A stretch of 64,000 bases of DNA from an uncultured Pseudomonadota bacterium. GTDB taxonomy: Bacteria > Oederibacteriota > Muellerivitia > Muellerivitales > Muellerivitaceae. Made by a program: the position numbers and the translations under genes. Position 1 is the first letter of the stretch. Each line of letters opens with the position of its first letter. This document shows positions 39,584 to 50,243 of the stretch, one piece after another. Under the pieces are notes generated by a model that did no database searches, had not been told where the DNA came from, and was given only the letters and a program-made list of their open reading frames with translations. The stretch is taken from NCBI GenBank assembly GCA_963770835.1, contig CAVYRH010000011.1, forward strand, positions 192,001 through 256,000, given 5' to 3'.

Positions 39584-39643
39584 GTTATGTAAGACCAACG
39601 GCGGTTGAAATGGGACGGCCGAACTCAAAAGAGCGGGTGACTT

Positions 39644-40603
39644 ATGAAAAAATTTTTTTCTCTCTCGGTGCTGGTAATTCTCATAACACAAGGTCCATGG
39701 GGTTGTGGACACATCCAAAACCCAACTTCTCCCCTTGTCAAAAGCTCCAATGAACCTTCAACCACCCCAAACCCGTCCTATGTCGCGGCCTGGTCCAAAG
39801 CCGGTTCGGTGTCCTTTGTCAATCCCCAATGCGTGGCCGTGGATGAAAATAACAACATCTACGTCACGGACATGTATCTGGGGGAGGTTTTTAAGTTCGG
39901 CACCAACGGCAATCTTTTAGCCCAATGGAGCAACACCGGCACAAATATCTTAAACGAACCCAATGGGATCATGGTTGAAAACGGGAATATTTACGTAGCG
40001 GATTCTGGTAACGACCGCATCGTGGAATTCGATCCGAACGGCAATATGCTGGCCCAACTGTGCCCCGCCGGTTCCGATGGATACGACCTCTTTGTTTACC
40101 CCACAGGAATTTCGTTTGACCCATCCGGCAACCTTTACGTGGCAGACAATTCCGACCAGGTCTACCAATTCAACTCCTCCCTCCAGTTGAGCGCCCAGTG
40201 GGGGGTGAGCGGGTCGACCAACGGTGCCTTTAATTATCCTGTCGTGTCGGCCGAGGACGGCTTGGGGAATGTTTATATCGTGAACAACAACGCCGACAAC
40301 ATCGTCAAATTCAACCCCGCTCTCAACAATGTCGCGACTTGGGGCCGGATAGGCAGCCAAAACGGGCAATTCGAGGGCCCCAATGACGTCAAACTGGATT
40401 CCAATGGAAACGTTTATGTGGTGGACACCGGGAACAACCGCATCGAGGTCTTCACCACCACCGGTACTTATCAAATACAATGGGGCAACGTTTCCAACTC
40501 CCAAGGCTTGAACGGACCAACCGGTATTGCCTTAGATTCCAACGGAAACGCCTACGTGGTGGACAATGGTAACAACCGGATTGTCAAATACACCTTGAAT
40601 TAA
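39644..40603 (+). CDS. NHL-repeat six-bladed beta-propeller lipoprotein
   Basis: Lipobox-like PWGC; six P.G(I/V)..D..GN.YV.D..N.RI repeats. Confidence 0.9.
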   Translation: MKKFFSLSVLVILITQGPWGCGHIQNPTSPLVKSSNEPSTTPNPSYVAAWSKAGSVSFVNPQCVAVDENNNIYVTDMYLGEVFKFGTNGNLLAQWSNTGTNILNEPNGIMVENGNIYVADSGNDRIVEFDPNGNMLAQLCPAGSDGYDLFVYPTGISFDPSGNLYVADNSDQVYQFNSSLQLSAQWGVSGSTNGAFNYPVVSAEDGLGNVYIVNNNADNIVKFNPALNNVATWGRIGSQNGQFEGPNDVKLDSNGNVYVVDTGNNRIEVFTTTGTYQIQWGNVSNSQGLNGPTGIALDSNGNAYVVDNGNNRIVKYTLN

Positions 40604-40632
40604 AAGTGGCACAAAAATAGGGCGTTGAATTT

Positions 40633-40989
40633 TCAACGCCCTATTTTTAAAATCTGAAACCTTTTTGCATCGCTCCACAAGCCTTCAAGATCGTAATAAA
40701 TCCTGCTTTCCTCCTTAAAAACATGAACTACCACATCAACGAAATCCAAAATCCACCAACTATCGTTCTTGGAGGAATTGATATAAATGGGCCCTTCTTT
40801 TTTCTCGAAAGCATGCTCGATGCTCGATACCAACGCAGCTACATGCGTGCTGGATGTTCCAGAACAGATAACCATGAAATCCGTGTAAGCCACGATTTCT
40901 TCCATTTCCAATATCTGAATGCTTATAGCTTTTTTGTCTTCAAGTACTTGTATGATTTTAGGAAGACACGGAGGAATGATCGGGCTCAC
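40633..40989 (-). CDS. rsfS: Ribosome silencing factor
   Basis: EDKKA..I, TDFMVICSG.S..HV, WWILDFVDVVVHVF...R.YYDLE.LW. Confidence 0.95.
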   Translation of the reverse strand: MSPIIPPCLPKIIQVLEDKKAISIQILEMEEIVAYTDFMVICSGTSSTHVAALVSSIEHAFEKKEGPIYINSSKNDSWWILDFVDVVVHVFKEESRIYYDLEGLWSDAKRFQILKIGR

Positions 40990-40999
40990 AAAACCTCAC

Positions 41000-41266
41000 C
41001 TATCGTGGATTGGCCTTCACATGCTTGATCGCCTTTGAGAGTTCCACCACAATGTCCGTTTTAAATTGCTGTTTCAACTCATCTACTCGGGTATAAAGAT
41101 GGCCTTTTTCTGTTACTACATACCGTGGTGGCAAATGGTTCAAAGCATAAGCCATAATATCCAATTTTTCTTTTTCACTAAGTTTCAATGATACGTACAG
41201 CGGGTCCAACAATAACTCTTCGAGGGTGTGTCTCACCGCCTCTTCCATGAAATTTTCAAGGTGCAT
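41000..41266 (-). CDS. ComFB family protein
   Basis: NFMEEAV...DIMAYALNHLPPRYVV...AI..V..NPR. Confidence 0.88.
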   Translation of the reverse strand: MHLENFMEEAVRHTLEELLLDPLYVSLKLSEKEKLDIMAYALNHLPPRYVVTEKGHLYTRVDELKQQFKTDIVVELSKAIKHVKANPR

Positions 41267-41276
41267 TCGACTCGCC

Positions 41277-41900
41277 TCAAAGATAAAGCTGTTGGTTGTG
41301 AATAAATTGTTCCACTGGTTCCGGCACCAAGTATTTTATGCTTTTCCACTCCTTAACACGGCGGCGAACATCGGTAGCACTTATTTCAAGCATAGCCGTT
41401 TCTTCAACCGATATTCTTTCAAGCCATTGGGAAGCTAAAAAATGATTTTGCGACGACAAAAACTGCTGGTTTAATATTTTTTTCATGTCGTAGCCCGGTC
41501 GTGAAACAGCAATAAAATGGCAAATTTCAAGCAATTCGGCGATGTTTTTCCATGAGGCTATTTCTATCAACATATCGGCCCCAATTATAAAATAAAGCTC
41601 AACTTTACCCTCGAAAACACGGTGGAAATGTTTGACAGTGTCAATCGTATAAGATTTGCCGCCACGGTCGACTTCATAGGTGGAAACTTCAAAACAGGGA
41701 TTACTGACAGTCGCAAGATAGGTCATAATCGATCTTTTTTTGGCATCCACCAAATCTATCGGTTCTTTGTGAGGAGGCAAGCTGGTTGGGATAAAGATGA
41801 TTTTGTCTAGGTTGTGCTTTGATCGGACTTCCTCGGCAATAGCCAAGTGTCCGTAATGAATGGGATTAAAAGTTCCTCCAAACAACCCAACGGATTTCAT
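41277..41900 (-). CDS. nadD: Nicotinate-nucleotide adenylyltransferase
   Basis: GGTFNPIHYGHL, PPHK, SYTIDT, FIIGAD, ISAT. Confidence 0.96.
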   Translation of the reverse strand: MKSVGLFGGTFNPIHYGHLAIAEEVRSKHNLDKIIFIPTSLPPHKEPIDLVDAKKRSIMTYLATVSNPCFEVSTYEVDRGGKSYTIDTVKHFHRVFEGKVELYFIIGADMLIEIASWKNIAELLEICHFIAVSRPGYDMKKILNQQFLSSQNHFLASQWLERISVEETAMLEISATDVRRRVKEWKSIKYLVPEPVEQFIHNQQLYL

Positions 41901-43657
41901 TAATGTCCGGACTCGTCGGGATCTTTGAGCAGGAAATTGATCATATCTCCAGTTAAAACCTCTGTATCACTTTTTTCAGAACTATCGGAGGAAGCAAAAG
42001 AAGCTGCCGATGGAATTGTAGTAGTTCCTACTTCTTTTTTCCGAATATCGGACTGGTTTTTAACTTCTCTTTCATCCTTTGGAGCAGTAGAAATCACCCT
42101 TCCTTTTGCAACTTGAACTAGTTTATCCAGTTCATCCTTACTCAACCCACTCGTCGCCGATACTTTCATTTGTTGCATTTGACCAGTGGCTACATTTTTT
42201 GCCGTCACATGCACGATACCGTTTGAGTCAATAGCAAAGGTTACTTCGACCTGAACAGTGCCGGCTGGCGCCGGAGGCAACCCTACGAACGAAAAAAAAC
42301 CCAATGTCTTATTGTTGTTAGACGCTTTGGATTCTCCTTGCAAAACCTTTACATTGACTGATGTTTGCATGTCCTTGACCGTCGAATAAAGCTTGCTCAT
42401 TTTGGTAGGAACAGTTGTATTGCGGGGAATAATAACGCTAAAAGTTCCTCCTAAGGTTTCAACGCCGAGCGACAAAGGTGTCACATCAAGTAAAAGGGCG
42501 TTGCGGACGTTCCCATTGATAATCCCAGCCTGTATGGAGGCTCCCATGGCCACCGCTTCGTCCGGATTCACCCTGGTGTTAGGCTCCCTATTAAAAAACC
42601 GGCGAACGGTATCACGTACCTTTGGCATACGGGTCATGCCACCTACCAATATTACGTCGTTAAGGTCCGTGGGAGTCAGGTTGGCGTCACGAAGGGCCTT
42701 TTTGCAGGGTTCTAGCGTCCTTTCGACCAGCGAAGCGACGAGCGTTTCGTAATCCATACGAGACAAATTGTAAGAAAGATTAAGCGGTGTTCCCTCTTTT
42801 TTGGTGATGAAGGGAAGATTAATATCAACATTGGGCGCAGAAGATAAATCACATTTCGCTTTTTCAGACGCTTCACGCAATCGTTGCAAAGCAACAGGTT
42901 CCTGCCTCAAGTCAACTCCCTGTTCCGCGCGGAACTTTTCAAGCACCCATTGCATAATAGTTTGATCGAAGTCATCCCCGCCCAAATGAGTATCGCCACA
43001 GGTCGCTAACACCCTGTAAAGGCCGTTTAAAAGCTCCAGAATTGTGACATCTAGCGTACCGCCCCCCAAATCATAAACAGCGATTTTTTGGTTTTTCTTT
43101 GTATCAAAATCGTAAGCCAAGGCTGCGGCAGTTGGTTCATTAATAATCCTTAAAACTTCAAATCCCGCTATTTTCCCTGCGTCCTTAGTGGCTTGCCGTT
43201 GCGAATCGTTGAAATAGGCTGGAACGGTGACTACCGCGTTTGTCACTGTTTCGCCCAAACGAGCTTCCACATCCTGTTTTATTTTTTGGAGGATTATGGC
43301 CGAAATTTCCTCAGGAGATTTAAGCTGATCATCCAGATGGACGCGGATATCACCGTTTTCGGCCCCTTCGATGGCATAGGGTACGAGGCTCTTATCCTTT
43401 TGGACGTCCTCGTCCGTAATTTTACGGCCAATAAATCGCTTTATAGAAGCAACCGTGCCACTGGGATTCGTAACAGCCTGGTGTTTCGCATCCAAACCGA
43501 CCAACCAGTTTTTCTGCGATGTAAATGCCACCACGGATGGGGTCGTAGAATATCCATCAGAGTTTGGGATGACTTGTGGCTCGCCTCCATTTAAGTAGGC
43601 AACGCAGGAATTAGTCGTCCCTAAATCGATTCCAACGGCTAAACTTTTATCCGCCAT
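41900..43657 (-). CDS. Hsp70/DnaK paralog with divergent substrate-binding domain and truncated lid
   Basis: GIDLGTTNS, TVPAYFND.QR, INEPTAAA, DLGGGT, LLLDVTPLSLG. Confidence 0.92.
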   Translation of the reverse strand: MADKSLAVGIDLGTTNSCVAYLNGGEPQVIPNSDGYSTTPSVVAFTSQKNWLVGLDAKHQAVTNPSGTVASIKRFIGRKITDEDVQKDKSLVPYAIEGAENGDIRVHLDDQLKSPEEISAIILQKIKQDVEARLGETVTNAVVTVPAYFNDSQRQATKDAGKIAGFEVLRIINEPTAAALAYDFDTKKNQKIAVYDLGGGTLDVTILELLNGLYRVLATCGDTHLGGDDFDQTIMQWVLEKFRAEQGVDLRQEPVALQRLREASEKAKCDLSSAPNVDINLPFITKKEGTPLNLSYNLSRMDYETLVASLVERTLEPCKKALRDANLTPTDLNDVILVGGMTRMPKVRDTVRRFFNREPNTRVNPDEAVAMGASIQAGIINGNVRNALLLDVTPLSLGVETLGGTFSVIIPRNTTVPTKMSKLYSTVKDMQTSVNVKVLQGESKASNNNKTLGFFSFVGLPPAPAGTVQVEVTFAIDSNGIVHVTAKNVATGQMQQMKVSATSGLSKDELDKLVQVAKGRVISTAPKDEREVKNQSDIRKKEVGTTTIPSAASFASSDSSEKSDTEVLTGDMINFLLKDPDESGH

Positions 43658-43672
43658 TCAATCCTCGATCAG

Positions 43673-44239
43673 TCAAACTTTCTTACCATAGACAAAACCC
43701 ATGGCTGTACTAAGGGTTTTTTTAGCTTCATAATCCGCCGGGTTGTACTTAATAGTCCTTTCAAAACAAGATACCGAATCCTTAAAGTTACCCTGGTAAC
43801 CATATAAAATCCCTAGATTAAAATGGGCATTTACAAATCCCGGAATCAGCTTGGTACAGGTAACCCATTCATGTTGGGCTTGGTTCCAATTGTCTTTGTC
43901 CTCAAAGAAGACAACACCCTTTTGAAAATGTTCCTCTGCCTCAACTTCTTCCTTGGATTTCATCATTTTTAAAAGGCCCCTCTTAACGCCGAATAATTCG
44001 CCTGTCTCTTTTCGGATATCATTCTTTACCTGAAAATTGTAGAGTTCCCTTTTTTGTGGGTCACTCAACACGTTGTAAGCTTCGACGATTTCCATGGTCT
44101 GTTCAATAGCCCAATCCTGCCGAGTTGGATTGCGATCTGGATGATACTCAAAAATTAATTGCTTATAGGTTTCTTGTAACTGATTCATCTCAATCGGTGG
44201 ATATAATTTGAAAATTTCATAATAATTTTTTTTTGGCAT
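43673..44239 (-). CDS. J-domain + TPR protein
   Basis: NYYEIF, YHPDRN, EAYNVLSDP.KR.LY followed by TPR repeats. Start trimmed to ATG 44239. Confidence 0.88.
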   Translation of the reverse strand: MPKKNYYEIFKLYPPIEMNQLQETYKQLIFEYHPDRNPTRQDWAIEQTMEIVEAYNVLSDPQKRELYNFQVKNDIRKETGELFGVKRGLLKMMKSKEEVEAEEHFQKGVVFFEDKDNWNQAQHEWVTCTKLIPGFVNAHFNLGILYGYQGNFKDSVSCFERTIKYNPADYEAKKTLSTAMGFVYGKKV

Positions 44240-44355
44240 TGGTTTTGACCTTGTCCCACTGACCGGCCTACGGTGACTGTTGAATTTGTCAACATCGTTG
44301 CATTTTAACAGTTTTGATTCCAAATAAAACTGGTAATAACAATACTATAAAAAGC

Positions 44356-45501
44356 CTAAAGCGGGTCTGCGGTTTTCACCATATTATCCCGATGTACTAC
44401 CTCTTCGGCTAAACCTGTGCCCAATTTTTGAAACACTTCAATTGTTTTGAGCCCCTTTATAAGATCAACATCCTTGGAGGAATAATTAGAAATCCCTTTG
44501 GCAATCTCCCGACCGTCTAAAGCCAAAATTCGAACAATGTCCCCTCTACTCCATGCGCCCTGAACCGCGCGGATTCCGCTGGGAAGCAGGCTTTTATTTC
44601 TATCGGTCAAGGCTCTTTCGGCTCCTTCGTCGACCACCAATTCCCCCTTGGGCCTGACGCTCCATGCCAGCCAACGCTTTCGGCTGGTCATTTTGGAGGC
44701 GGAAGGATGAAAAAAAGTCCCGACATTTTCCGAGTCCAATATACGATTCAAAACCAATCTGTTTGCACCATTTGCAATCACCATTGGCAGACCGGAGCGC
44801 ATCATGTTCTTAGCTGCTTGGATTTTAGTAAGCATTCCGCCCGTTCCCACCTTGGAAACCGACTTGCCCGCTCCCCGTTCCAACAAATCGTTCCATCGAT
44901 AAACATCGGATATAAGTGTTGCCTTAGGATTCAAACTTGGATCTTCATTGAAGAACCCATCTTTATCCGTCAAAAGGACAAGTAAGTCCGCTTCGCACAA
45001 ATGAGAAACCAAGACCCCGAGTGTGTCATTGTCGCCAAACCGAATTTCTTCAATCGCCACGGTATCATTTTCATTAACGACCGGAACAATTCCATGTCGG
45101 AAAAGCTCCATGAATGTATTGTGAGCGTTCGAATACCGCACCCGGTCCGACAAATCCTCACGCGTTAGGAGAATCTGTGCCACCTTCATTCCAAAACGTT
45201 GAAAAGTCGTCCCATAAGCCTGCATCAATCGGCTCTGTCCTACGGCGGCTAAAGCCTGGAGTTGTGCCATCTCTTTAGGGCGCTTACGAAAACCCAATTC
45301 AAACTGACCCGCCGCAATGGCTCCAGAGGTTACGATGACGCTCTGGATTCCACGTATTTGTAAAGCATGGACCTGCTTGGCGAGACTGGTCAAAAACCGA
45401 ATTTTTATTTTTTTGCTCGTAAAGTCGGTTAAAAGGCTGCTTCCCGCCTTGACCACGATTCGTTTGACCGTCGAAAGATGGTTTTTCCGCTCAGACATCA
45501 C
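44356..45501 (-). CDS. proB: Glutamate 5-kinase with PUA domain
   Basis: RIVVKAGSS, AAVGQ, NENDTV, FGDNDTL, GTGGM.TK. Confidence 0.96.
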   Translation of the reverse strand: MMSERKNHLSTVKRIVVKAGSSLLTDFTSKKIKIRFLTSLAKQVHALQIRGIQSVIVTSGAIAAGQFELGFRKRPKEMAQLQALAAVGQSRLMQAYGTTFQRFGMKVAQILLTREDLSDRVRYSNAHNTFMELFRHGIVPVVNENDTVAIEEIRFGDNDTLGVLVSHLCEADLLVLLTDKDGFFNEDPSLNPKATLISDVYRWNDLLERGAGKSVSKVGTGGMLTKIQAAKNMMRSGLPMVIANGANRLVLNRILDSENVGTFFHPSASKMTSRKRWLAWSVRPKGELVVDEGAERALTDRNKSLLPSGIRAVQGAWSRGDIVRILALDGREIAKGISNYSSKDVDLIKGLKTIEVFQKLGTGLAEEVVHRDNMVKTADPL

Positions 45502-46793
45502 AATACTTCCCCCAAGTTTTCGGACTCAAAAACCAATTCCTGTTCATCACAAAATATGGTATCGCCTTCCCGGACACCCATTTTTTTTAGCTCTTTAACA
45601 ATGCCCATTCTCTGAAGAATTTTTTGGAACCGCTCCAGCGAGTCTCGGCTGCCGAAGTTAGTCATCGCTACCCATTTATTAATCTCTCGACCCGTAACGT
45701 GAAAAACACCGCTTTCTTTTCGGATTTTAAACCGGGTTTTCGCCTGGTAAACCGTTTCCGGGGTTGGTTTTAAAACCTTGGACTCTTCGGTCTTTTTTCT
45801 CAATAGCTTCCAAGTTTCTTCCAATAACTCTTTCAGTCCTTCTCCCGTTACAGCCGATACCGACAGAACATTCACATTTTTTTTTCTTAGTTTTATCATC
45901 CACCCCAGGTAGTCCTTCTTAGAAACTGCATCTACTTTTGTCATTAATAAAATCTCCGGTATTGTTGAAAACCGCACACTGTGTTGTTTTAATTCACGAT
46001 GGATTGTCCGAATTTTTTTTTCCAATTCCGAATATTTTTGAAGGGTTGCAATATCCACCAAGTGTAACAAAACCTTCGTCCTCTCCAAGTGTCGCAAAAA
46101 CTTCGTCCCGAGGCCTTTACCATGGCTAGCACCTTCGATCAAACCAGGCACATCGGCTAAAACGAAACTGCGGCCTTCCGAGAGATTCACTACACCCAAC
46201 TGGGGCTCTAAGGTCGTAAATGGATAATCGGCGATTTTCGGATGTGCGTGAGTAACCCGTGATAGCAGTGTGGACTTGCCGGCATTGGGAAACCCTACAA
46301 CGCCAACATCCGCCAAAAGTTTAAGTTCCAACCGAAGTATTTTTGCTTCGCCTGGCTCCCCCTTTTCGGCCAACCGGGGTGCCTGTTGAGTTGAAGTAGC
46401 AAAAGTGGTGTTCCCACGGCCACCTCGGCCACCTTTTGCGATCAGAAATTGCATTCGATCCTGATTCATGTCGACAATCAGGCTTCCGTCTTCATTCCAT
46501 ACCAGTGTCCCTACAGGAACCCGTATTGTGACGGGTTCGGCATGTCTCCCATGTTTGTTCTTGCCTTTTCCATGTTCACCATGACGAGCTTGATAAATCG
46601 GACGATAAATAAAATCAATCAATGTACCGACATCTGTACGGGCCTCTATAAACACGTCGCCACCCCGGCCGCCGTTGCCGCCATCGGGACCACCTCGTGG
46701 GACATATTTTTCCCGACGAAAGCTGATGCATCCATTGCCACCTGTGCCGGCCTCAACTGTGATGGTTACTTCATCAATAATCATTGTCACCAT
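45498..46793 (-). CDS. obgE: GTPase ObgE
   Basis: FRREKYVPRGGPDGG, GFPNAGKST, YPFTTL, DVPG, C-terminal OCT domain. Confidence 0.97.
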   Translation of the reverse strand: MVTMIIDEVTITVEAGTGGNGCISFRREKYVPRGGPDGGNGGRGGDVFIEARTDVGTLIDFIYRPIYQARHGEHGKGKNKHGRHAEPVTIRVPVGTLVWNEDGSLIVDMNQDRMQFLIAKGGRGGRGNTTFATSTQQAPRLAEKGEPGEAKILRLELKLLADVGVVGFPNAGKSTLLSRVTHAHPKIADYPFTTLEPQLGVVNLSEGRSFVLADVPGLIEGASHGKGLGTKFLRHLERTKVLLHLVDIATLQKYSELEKKIRTIHRELKQHSVRFSTIPEILLMTKVDAVSKKDYLGWMIKLRKKNVNVLSVSAVTGEGLKELLEETWKLLRKKTEESKVLKPTPETVYQAKTRFKIRKESGVFHVTGREINKWVAMTNFGSRDSLERFQKILQRMGIVKELKKMGVREGDTIFCDEQELVFESENLGEVL

Positions 46794-46821
46794 TTTCCTA
46801 TGGCAAAACTTGCCTTAAAAC

Positions 46822-46853
46822 AAAAAAACCCCGCCCAAGGGCGGGGTTTTTTT
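46822..46853. terminator. Bidirectional-type intrinsic terminator after rpmA
   Basis: A7-CCCCGCCC-AA-GGGCGGGG-T7. Confidence 0.8.
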
Positions 46854-46873
46854 CCACAATTATTAATCTGAAC

Positions 46874-47134
46874 TCAAGCCTGCTTTGGCTCGACGCTCAC
46901 CATCTTCAAACCCTTTTTAAATTCGCGAAATGTCACCAATCCCGAAACTTTGGCAAAAAGAGTATCGTCTTTACCAACACCCACGTTTTGCCCGGGTTTG
47001 TACCTTAAACCCCGTTGACGGATTAAGATACTCCCTGCACTTACAAAGTTACCGCCAAAAGCCTTGATCCCTAACCGCTGGCTGTGACTATCTCGCCCGT
47101 TAGTAGTGGATCCACCAGCTTTATGCTGACCCAT
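46874..47134 (-). CDS. rpmA: 50S ribosomal protein L27
   Basis: [28 protein letters not shown]. Confidence 0.97.
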   Translation of the reverse strand: MGQHKAGGSTTNGRDSHSQRLGIKAFGGNFVSAGSILIRQRGLRYKPGQNVGVGKDDTLFAKVSGLVTFREFKKGLKMVSVEPKQA

Positions 47135-47160
47135 GACTGCACTCCTTAAAAATATAAATT

Positions 47161-47475
47161 TTAGGCTGTAAGAATTTTTTCAATCGATATGGTGGTGTAT
47201 TTAGGCCGGGATCCCTTTGTCCGCATTGTGTTTTTACGGCGACGATAACGAAAAACCCTTATTTTCTTGCCTTGGGTTGCTCCGATGATTTTCCCCGTGA
47301 CCTTGATGCTTTTGACCTCACTTTTTTTAATCCGCAGTTGCCCATTGTTTTCCAACAAAACAATGTTTTCGAATTCGACGGGGTCGCCGGGGTTTCCCTT
47401 GAGCCGGTTTACCGTAATCACGTCTCCTTCAGAAACCCGGTATTGTTTACCGCCGGTTTGAATAACAGCGTACAT
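47161..47475 (-). CDS. rplU: 50S ribosomal protein L21
   Basis: [20 protein letters not shown] ribosome-binding site. Confidence 0.97.
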   Translation of the reverse strand: MYAVIQTGGKQYRVSEGDVITVNRLKGNPGDPVEFENIVLLENNGQLRIKKSEVKSIKVTGKIIGATQGKKIRVFRYRRRKNTMRTKGSRPKYTTISIEKILTA

Positions 47476-47525
47476 GAATTCCTCCTAAGAATGAGGGCGG
47501 ACACAAGGCGCCCAAAGAAGGTAAG

Positions 47526-47554
47526 AGTTTATTGAGTGGCCCAGTGGTTGTCAA
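47526..47554 (-). promoter_or_regulatory. sigma70 promoter of rplU
   Basis: TTGACA-17 nt-TAAACT. Confidence 0.75.
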
Positions 47555-47581
47555 GCTTTTGTAACCATCTCTTGCAGAAAC

Positions 47582-48508
47582 CTAGTACCAGAAAAGAAGG
47601 CCAAACAGATGGGAACTGGCGATAAAGTTGGAGCTGACCTGTGCCGGACGCCAGGCATATCCAATTTCATACTGTAGTTTGCCAATATTATAACGGAGTG
47701 CCGCTCCCGCCGAAAAACCCCCTTCCAGATTTTCCGAATCACTGAACCGGTATCCGGCGCGGATCGCCAAAACACTTCGATGCCAATATTCAAGACCTAC
47801 CGAAGCCTGACTTCCTTCGTCAAGAACATTAAAAACTTCCGCAGCAGCTAAGAGGGTTGAACTAGGTGAAACGATAAGAGGACGCGCCACACCTAAGCGA
47901 AAAGTCAGGGGCAGTGGATCCGAAGCCTGGGAATTCGGTTGAAATTGAACGTTGGGGCCCACATTTTGAGCCACCGCGGCGAAATCCGTATCCCAAAGTT
48001 GAATTTTAAATCCAAGGTCAATCGCATTGGTGAAAGCTTGTTTTTCACCCAGAGTCGAAACAATAGTTTTAAAAGCGCCACCCACCGCTATTTTCCCAAA
48101 CTGTTGGCCGTCTGCAAACGTCACTACAAAATCACTTGCCGAAACCGTTGGATCGGTGGCCAACGTATTCTGGATATCAGGCATGTGCCGGAAAATAATT
48201 TGAGCGCCCAAATTCCCATAATTTTTAGTAGGAATAGCCACACTCAGGGATTCAACTTGAACATCCGCGAAGCCTTGAATGTGATCGATACCTAAACTGT
48301 AAGTGGAGATTCGAGCTAATCCAGCTGGGTTGTAGCCGATAACGTAAACATCATCTCCTAATGCCGAGTATGTGCCTCCCAAAGCGGCCGGTCTTACTCC
48401 GATAGGAACCTTTAGAATGTCAGCACCGGTGGTTCCCGTATCTTGGGCCCACAGACCACCGGGGAAAGAAAAAGTCACAACCACTAAAATAAAATAAATA
48501 CTCTTCAT
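47582..48508 (-). CDS. Stand-alone PorV/PorQ-like beta-barrel
   Basis: Signal peptide; LKVPIGVRPAALGG.YSALGDD...YNPAGL; LPLTFRLG; AIRAGY; aromatic C-terminus. Confidence 0.8.
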   Translation of the reverse strand: MKSIYFILVVVTFSFPGGLWAQDTGTTGADILKVPIGVRPAALGGTYSALGDDVYVIGYNPAGLARISTYSLGIDHIQGFADVQVESLSVAIPTKNYGNLGAQIIFRHMPDIQNTLATDPTVSASDFVVTFADGQQFGKIAVGGAFKTIVSTLGEKQAFTNAIDLGFKIQLWDTDFAAVAQNVGPNVQFQPNSQASDPLPLTFRLGVARPLIVSPSSTLLAAAEVFNVLDEGSQASVGLEYWHRSVLAIRAGYRFSDSENLEGGFSAGAALRYNIGKLQYEIGYAWRPAQVSSNFIASSHLFGLLFWY

Positions 48509-48555
48509 TCAAGCAAACTAACACGATGGATGCAAAGGGGTCAAGAAAACCCTCA

Positions 48556-50171
<1,616 letters not shown>

Positions 50172-50243
50172 CTATAAAACCACTGAAGTCGGAATAAATT
50201 TCAAAATCCCGTAAAATTAATCTTTGGAAGATCCATATTAATA

